A stretch of DNA of 64,000 bases from an uncultured Spirochaetota bacterium (GTDB lineage: Bacteria > Spirochaetota > Brevinematia > Brevinematales > JAOACQ01): contig CAVYGN010000001.1 of the NCBI GenBank assembly GCA_963768055.1, forward strand, positions 96,001-160,000, given 5' to 3'. The notes beneath the pieces are model-generated. The model saw only the letters and a program-made list of their open reading frames with translations. It was not told the DNA's origin and ran no database searches. Position numbers and translations under genes: made by a program. Positions 58,260-64,000 of this stretch are shown here, piece after piece (the stretch's first letter is position 1; every line of letters begins with the position of its first letter).

Positions 58260-60380
58260 TTATTCGACGATGATCTCGCCGGATACCTGCGGGGCCGCTC
58301 CGAGTTCTATTCCCCTCGGATCCGGCGAACACCCGCCGGCCGTAATCAGATATATGCCCGGACAAGGTTTTCTAATACCCTTGCTGTCATATATAGTAAA
58401 AAGGTCCGGAGCAAGTTTAAAAGTCACCTTCATCTCCCGGCCCGGGGAGATATAGAGCCGTTTAAATCCGCAGAGGCTGTATCGCGGTCTGGGCCGGGGA
58501 GCGCCCGGGTTGGAGATGTAAAGCTCAACTACCTCGTCGCCTCCGATTTCCCCCGTGTTCCTGACATTTATCTCACAGGATGATCCTTCCCCCGTTTTTA
58601 TCCGTTTATCGGCTAATTTTATTTCTTCATATTTAAAAGATGTGTAGGACAGACCGAAACCGAACGGATAAAGAGGTTCGGCTTCCATATACCTGTATGT
58701 CCTGCCATCCATCGAATAATTGTCAAACGGCGGCAGGTCTTTGACAGATTTCGGAAATGTAACAGGAAGCCGTCCTCCTGGAGAAACTTCGCCGAACAGG
58801 ATCTTTGCGACGGCGTTGCCGCCTTCCTCTCCGGGGATCCAGCAAAACAATATGGCATCGCAAAGGTCTTCGGCGCCGCCAAGCGAGACAGGGCTTCCGC
58901 CCAATAAAATCAGTATTATAGGTTTTCCTGCCGTGGATATCTTTTTCAGGAACTTTATCTGGCTCGGCGGCAATTCAATATCCTTCCTATCGCCATTATA
59001 AGCCGATGCTATAGTGTCTCCCTCCTCGCCCTCGAGTTCGGGGGTCAGTCCCATTACTGCGATCACCGCGTCGCTCGATTTAATATCGTCAATTATAAAA
59101 TTGCTTTTACTCCGGTTTTCCCAGTTATGCAGGCAGCCTTTACGGTAATCTACATGAAGAGAAGGCCCTCCCTGGCTTATAATTCCTTCGAGAACAGTCA
59201 CCATCTTTTCTGAAAGCCCGCTGTAGTTTCCCATCAGTGCATTGACGTCGGCTGCGTTGGGGCCGGTAACGAAAATCTTTAAATTTCTATTTTTAAAAGG
59301 AATGATATTGTTTTTATTTTTTAAAAGCACTATCGATTTCAGGGCTGCATTTAGAGCTAATTCCCTATGAACTGGGCTGTCTATAGATTCGACGCCCGGC
59401 GATAAATATGGCGAAGATTCTTCCGGATCGAACATTCCAAGCTTAAAGCGAGTCCTTAAAAGCCGCCTGAGGGAACGATCGATATCCTCTTCTTTAAGCA
59501 TGCCCCTATCCACACAATCGAGGATGAGGGAGTAGGTATTTCCGCAATTAAGGTCGCATCCCTTTGAAATAGCGAGACTTACCGATTCAAGAGCATTCTT
59601 TGTTACATGGTGGGTCTTATGAAAATCGTCGATCGCGCCGCAGTCTGAAACTACATGACCCGCAAATTTCCATTCGTCCCTGAGTATCTTTTGGAGAAGA
59701 AGCTCGCTTGCACAGCAGGGCTCGCCCAGTACCCGGTTATAAGCCCCCATAACCGCTTCGACCCCCTCCCTGACAAGGGCTTCGAAAGCCGGTAAATAAG
59801 TTTCCCGGAGGTCTTTAAGGCTGACCTTCGCATTGAATCTGTGCCTGTCCTTTTCGGGGCCGCTATGGACAGCGAAGTGTTTAGCACATGCGGCGGTCTT
59901 CAGACGGCCGGGGTCATTACCCTGGAGACCCCTGACAAAAGCCCTGCCGATTTCGGAAGTCAAATAAGGGTCTTCACCGTACGTTTCCTGGCCCCTTCCC
60001 CATCTTGGGTCCCTGAAAATATTTATAGAAGGGGTCCAGAATGTGAGACCCTCGTACATATCAGTCCAGCCCTTTTTTAGAGCCGAGTTATATTTAGCCC
60101 TCGCTTCAGTGCTTATGGCATCGGCGATTTTTTGCAGCAGTTCGGTTTCAAAAGTCGCCGCCAGGCCGATGGCCTGCGGGAAAACCGTCGATTTTCCGTT
60201 CCGGGCTACCCCATGAAGGCATTCGTTCCACCAATTATAAGCCCTGATCCCCAGTCTCTTTATCGGGGGAGAATTGAAAAGCAATTGTGAAGCCTTTTCT
60301 CCTATAGTCATCCGGCTTATAAGATCCTCTATTCTTTTTTCAAGCGGTTGTTCCGAATCAAGATAAATCTCGGGCTCCAT
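58260..60380 (-). CDS. Glycoside hydrolase family 3 (beta-xylosidase-like)
   Basis: WWNECLHGV, DPRWGRGQETYGEDP, KHFAVH, VVSDCGAI, YPFGFGLSY. Confidence 0.93.
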   Translation of the reverse strand: MEPEIYLDSEQPLEKRIEDLISRMTIGEKASQLLFNSPPIKRLGIRAYNWWNECLHGVARNGKSTVFPQAIGLAATFETELLQKIADAISTEARAKYNSALKKGWTDMYEGLTFWTPSINIFRDPRWGRGQETYGEDPYLTSEIGRAFVRGLQGNDPGRLKTAACAKHFAVHSGPEKDRHRFNAKVSLKDLRETYLPAFEALVREGVEAVMGAYNRVLGEPCCASELLLQKILRDEWKFAGHVVSDCGAIDDFHKTHHVTKNALESVSLAISKGCDLNCGNTYSLILDCVDRGMLKEEDIDRSLRRLLRTRFKLGMFDPEESSPYLSPGVESIDSPVHRELALNAALKSIVLLKNKNNIIPFKNRNLKIFVTGPNAADVNALMGNYSGLSEKMVTVLEGIISQGGPSLHVDYRKGCLHNWENRSKSNFIIDDIKSSDAVIAVMGLTPELEGEEGDTIASAYNGDRKDIELPPSQIKFLKKISTAGKPIILILLGGSPVSLGGAEDLCDAILFCWIPGEEGGNAVAKILFGEVSPGGRLPVTFPKSVKDLPPFDNYSMDGRTYRYMEAEPLYPFGFGLSYTSFKYEEIKLADKRIKTGEGSSCEINVRNTGEIGGDEVVELYISNPGAPRPRPRYSLCGFKRLYISPGREMKVTFKLAPDLFTIYDSKGIRKPCPGIYLITAGGCSPDPRGIELGAAPQVSGEIIVE

Positions 60381-60418
60381 GAAAATTCACTCCTAAGCTT
60401 ACATTTCGTTGAAAAGTC

Positions 60419-61933
60419 CTATAACTCTTTATATAATTCCTTCAATGCAGGATATAGTTTTCGGTATATTCCGTAATATTTCATATATATTTCATGATTT
60501 TCTTTTATAGGGCCGCATCTTTTTTCGACAGAGACGGCTATGTCGCAGCCTTCGGGCACATCAGTGTAAATTCCGGCTCCCACGCCGGCAAGGATGGCGG
60601 CGCCCAATGCGGGACCTTCGCTGTTTTCAACCGTCCAGATATCACGGTTAAATACATCCGATTGAATCTGCCTCCACAAGGAGCTCCTTGCTCCGCCTCC
60701 TGAAGCCCTTATAAACCCGGTTTCGATCCCCATGCCTTCTATAATTCCCAGGCAATCCATGAGACTGTAGACAACCCCCTCCATGATAGAGCGCGCCATA
60801 TCCCTTTTTCCATGCTTTGCGGTTATTCCGAAGAATAAACCGCGGGCGAAGGGATCCAGGTGGGGGGTTCTTTCCCCCATAAGATAAGGCAGGTATATCA
60901 GCCCGTCAGAACCAGGTTTGGAATTTTCCGCTTCCATGCCGATAAGCTCGTACGGATCCATGCCGGTCAATTCGGCCGTTCTTTTTTCCTCGACGCAGAA
61001 ATTGTCCCTGAACCATTTCAACGACAATCCCGCCCCCTGGGTTACGCCCATTACATGATACTTTCCGGGAACGGCATGGCAAAATGTGTGCACCCTTCCT
61101 TCCGGATCTATTTTGACATCTTCAGAATACGCGAATACAACTCCGGATGTGCCGATTGTTGAAGATACTATGCCTTTTTTAACAATTCCGCTGCCTATGG
61201 CCCCGGCGGCCTGGTCTCCGGCCCCGCCGACTACCGGCGTACCTGCCTTTAAACCAGTAAGTGAAGCCGCTTCCCGCGTCAAAACTCCCGTTATTTCAGG
61301 GGATTCATAGAGCTTCGCGAGAATGTTTTTATCAATCCCGATTTTTGTCAGGACTTCGCCGCTCCAATTTCTTGCGGGTATATCCATAAGCTGCATTCCG
61401 CTTGCGTCCGAGACATCTGTGGCGAATTCTCCCGTCAGCATGAACCGTATATAATCTTTCGGTAATAGCAGTTTATATATGTTTTCGTAAATATTTTTTT
61501 CGTTATTTTTTATCCAGAGCACTTTCGAAGCTGTAAATCCTGTAAGGGCGGGGTTGGCGGTTATCTCTATCAGCCTGGCCTTGCCTACGGCGAGACTTAT
61601 CTCTTCACACTCGGCGGAGCTTCTCTGGTCGCACCATATGATCGCCCTGCGGAGCACATTGCCGTCTTTTCCGATCAATACCGCGCCATGCATCTGGCCG
61701 GTCAGGCCGACCGCTTTAATATCGGCAGGATCGATGGAATTTCTACCGATCACTTCGGCCGTCGTTTTACATGCGGCTTTCCACCAGTCTTCCGGGTCCT
61801 GCTCCGCCCAGCCTATTTGTTCCTGATAAAGGGGATATTCGGCATTTGCGCTTCCGATAAGCTTTCCCCTTTCGTCGATCAAAACCGTTTTAGTGCCGGA
61901 TGTTCCGATATCGATCCCCATTAAATAAGACAT
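60419..61933 (-). CDS. xylB: Xylulokinase
   Basis: GIDIGTSGTK, TGQMHG, TDVSDASG, GAGDQAAG, PYLMGERTPH. Confidence 0.92.
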   Translation of the reverse strand: MSYLMGIDIGTSGTKTVLIDERGKLIGSANAEYPLYQEQIGWAEQDPEDWWKAACKTTAEVIGRNSIDPADIKAVGLTGQMHGAVLIGKDGNVLRRAIIWCDQRSSAECEEISLAVGKARLIEITANPALTGFTASKVLWIKNNEKNIYENIYKLLLPKDYIRFMLTGEFATDVSDASGMQLMDIPARNWSGEVLTKIGIDKNILAKLYESPEITGVLTREAASLTGLKAGTPVVGGAGDQAAGAIGSGIVKKGIVSSTIGTSGVVFAYSEDVKIDPEGRVHTFCHAVPGKYHVMGVTQGAGLSLKWFRDNFCVEEKRTAELTGMDPYELIGMEAENSKPGSDGLIYLPYLMGERTPHLDPFARGLFFGITAKHGKRDMARSIMEGVVYSLMDCLGIIEGMGIETGFIRASGGGARSSLWRQIQSDVFNRDIWTVENSEGPALGAAILAGVGAGIYTDVPEGCDIAVSVEKRCGPIKENHEIYMKYYGIYRKLYPALKELYKEL

Positions 61934-61991
61934 ATAAAATTCCCCCGAAATTTTTTTGTAATAAAGTTTAAAGCGATTTTGAATCATAGTC

Positions 61992-62025
61992 AAAAAAAGC
62001 GGGCGCCCGGATTCAAGCGCCCGCT
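61992..62025 (-). terminator. Intrinsic terminator
   Basis: AGCGGGCGC/GCGCCCGCT stem followed by a T-run on the minus strand. Confidence 0.75.
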
Positions 62026-62045
62026 CTTTACAATTGACAGTTTTG

Positions 62046-64000
62046 TCATCGGGCCATCGGCAATCCTTTTGAAAGCTTCACCAGTTTTACGAACTCATGC
62101 CTATAGCCGTCCGTATCGTCGTCCAGGGCCCCGCTCGACAGATCGATTACCTGGTCATATGAAGCGGAGGCTTTAAACTTTGAATTGCGGAGCATCAAAC
62201 CCCATTCGGCAACAGCCGCCGCGAACCGGAAATTTTCCGACGTTTCATTAAAAATTAATTTTTTATTCAAAACCGGGTAAACAAGAAGGCGGCTCTTGTC
62301 TTCATTGGGCTCTTTATACCTGAACTTTATTGTCATCAGTTCCCCTGTCCCGGCTGTATTGGTATTAAGCGCCATAGTCTGGTATTTTAAACCGGAGTCG
62401 ACACTGCCGTTTCCTGCGGGAACTATCTCATAAAGGGCAGTAACGCTCTGGCCGGCCCCAAGCTCGCCCGCGTCCTTTTTATCGTCGTCAAAATCCCTGT
62501 TTTTGAGAAGGCGCTTCTCATAACCGATAAGCCGGTACTGCCCTACCGCTACAGGGTTGAACTCAATCTGTATTTTTACATCCTTTGCCAGAGTGAGCAG
62601 CGTCCCCGTCATCTCCTTTACCAGGACTTTTTTAGCCTCTGAGAGTGTATCGATATAAGCATAATTGCCGTTACCGTTGTCGGCAAGTTTCTCCATTTTG
62701 GAATCCTTATAATTTCCCATTCCGAAGCCGAGGACGGTGAGATATATCCCTCCGTTCCTATTTTCCTCGATCATCCGGACAAGTTCGCCGTCGCTCGATG
62801 CGCCCACATTAAAATCCCCGTCTGTTGCAAGGATAACCCTGTTATTGCCTTTCGGCTTGAAAGAGTTCCTGGCCGTTGCGTAAGCGAGGAGAATTCCCTC
62901 CCCGCCGGCTGTGGAACCTCCGGCCTCCAGGGAATCGATAGCATTAAGGATCTTTTCCTTTTGATCGCATGATGTGGAGGGTAATACAAGCCCGGCGTTT
63001 CCGGCATATACAACAATCGCGATACTGTCCTGCCTGCGCATCTGCTTCACCAGAAGCTTCATGGAGGTCTTAACAAGGGGGAGTTTGTTCTCTTCATCCA
63101 TCGAACCTGAAACATCGATCAGGAAGACCAGGTTATTGGGCGGAAGATTATCCAGGCTTACTTTTTTCGCCTGGAGCCCGATCCTGAGGAGCTGGTGTCC
63201 GCTATTCCAGGGACAGGTGGAAAGTTCGCTGTTAAAAGCCAATGGAATATCCCCTTCAGGTTCGGCATAGTTATAAGTAAAATAATTAATCATTTCTTCA
63301 ATCCTGACTGCATCGGGGTAAGGCAATGTGCCCTGATTTATAAATCGCCTGATATTGGCATAGGAGGCTGTATCGACGTCGATCGATAGCGTGGATAGGG
63401 GATCCTTAGTCGTTAGCATGAACTCGTTTTCCTCTATACGGTCATATGCCTCCGTGTTGAATTCCTTCATACCGGATTTATCCGCAGGATATTCCTTAAA
63501 CGCCTTTTCTGTCTCGATAACCGGCGACGGCTGATTTTCCATGATCCTGTCTTTTTCATCGGCGGACCTTGTTGGTTCCTTGCCGGCTGCCGAAAGATCT
63601 TCATGGGCTGGCGTTTGAACTGATTCCTTTTTTTCAGGGTTATTTTTGTTTCCAGTCATATTGAGGGGTTTTGATATTTTCTGGGTTGATAGATCGGTAA
63701 GGGGTTCTTTTTGCTTTAATTGAGGCTGGGCCAGATAAAGGGCCAGTATTGCAATGCAGAAAACCGCCGCTCCGCCGAGCGCAGCTTGAAACCCTCTATT
63801 GAACAGGAAGAAAGGCCTCTTTTCCACTGCTCCGAATTTTTCAAGCAGCGTCTTTTTAAGCTCTTTCTGAAAATTTCTATCCATAATAAGTTTGGGTTTA
63901 TCGCCTAAAAGGTTTTCAATCACTTTTTTCAATTCAGCCTCCCTGTCCCGCAGAGCAGGATCGATTCTGTAAAGTTCCCTTAAGATCGATTTGATTTTCT
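62046..64000 (-). CDS. YfbK-like VWA domain protein (5' end outside window)
   Basis: SIDVDTASY, RIEEMINYF, MIDAS DVSGSM, ATDGDFNVG; frame stays open upstream of 63932 to the window edge. Confidence 0.9.
   Translation of the reverse strand, partial: KIKSILRELYRIDPALRDREAELKKVIENLLGDKPKLIMDRNFQKELKKTLLEKFGAVEKRPFFLFNRGFQAALGGAAVFCIAILALYLAQPQLKQKEPLTDLSTQKISKPLNMTGNKNNPEKKESVQTPAHEDLSAAGKEPTRSADEKDRIMENQPSPVIETEKAFKEYPADKSGMKEFNTEAYDRIEENEFMLTTKDPLSTLSIDVDTASYANIRRFINQGTLPYPDAVRIEEMINYFTYNYAEPEGDIPLAFNSELSTCPWNSGHQLLRIGLQAKKVSLDNLPPNNLVFLIDVSGSMDEENKLPLVKTSMKLLVKQMRRQDSIAIVVYAGNAGLVLPSTSCDQKEKILNAIDSLEAGGSTAGGEGILLAYATARNSFKPKGNNRVILATDGDFNVGASSDGELVRMIEENRNGGIYLTVLGFGMGNYKDSKMEKLADNGNGNYAYIDTLSEAKKVLVKEMTGTLLTLAKDVKIQIEFNPVAVGQYRLIGYEKRLLKNRDFDDDKKDAGELGAGQSVTALYEIVPAGNGSVDSGLKYQTMALNTNTAGTGELMTIKFRYKEPNEDKSRLLVYPVLNKKLIFNETSENFRFAAAVAEWGLMLRNSKFKASASYDQVIDLSSGALDDDTDGYRHEFVKLVKLSKGLPMAR

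Overview
Chromosomal segment of an anaerobic, probably spirochaete-like bacterium (inferred from F/L-x-S-C lipoboxes and gene content). It holds about 45 protein genes: ArfB-like rescue factor, RRM protein, an APC permease fused to a P-II domain behind a sigma-54-type promoter, U32-family protein, an AT-rich SbcCD-like pair, ThiF/MoeB, uppP, CoA-disulfide reductase, two MotB/OmpA lipoproteins, two radical SAM enzymes, an MCP, two histidine kinases, PIN-PhoH, GGDEF, purL, GH30, and a xylo-oligosaccharide cluster (xylB, GH3, ABC transporter). Mobile DNA includes a complete IS21-family element (13745-16333, 4-bp TSD) and several small palindromic repeat families. The most striking object is a 387-bp Tn3-like miniature element (20595-20981; perfect 41-bp GGGG-ended inverted repeats, 5-bp TSD). 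It carries the 3' end of a tyrosine recombinase joined to a type I-C-like CRISPR half-repeat/spacer/repeat unit, and it cleanly interrupts a membrane-sensor/LuxR regulator gene. No cas, rRNA or tRNA genes were seen. All calls come from reading the sequence; no database searches were run.
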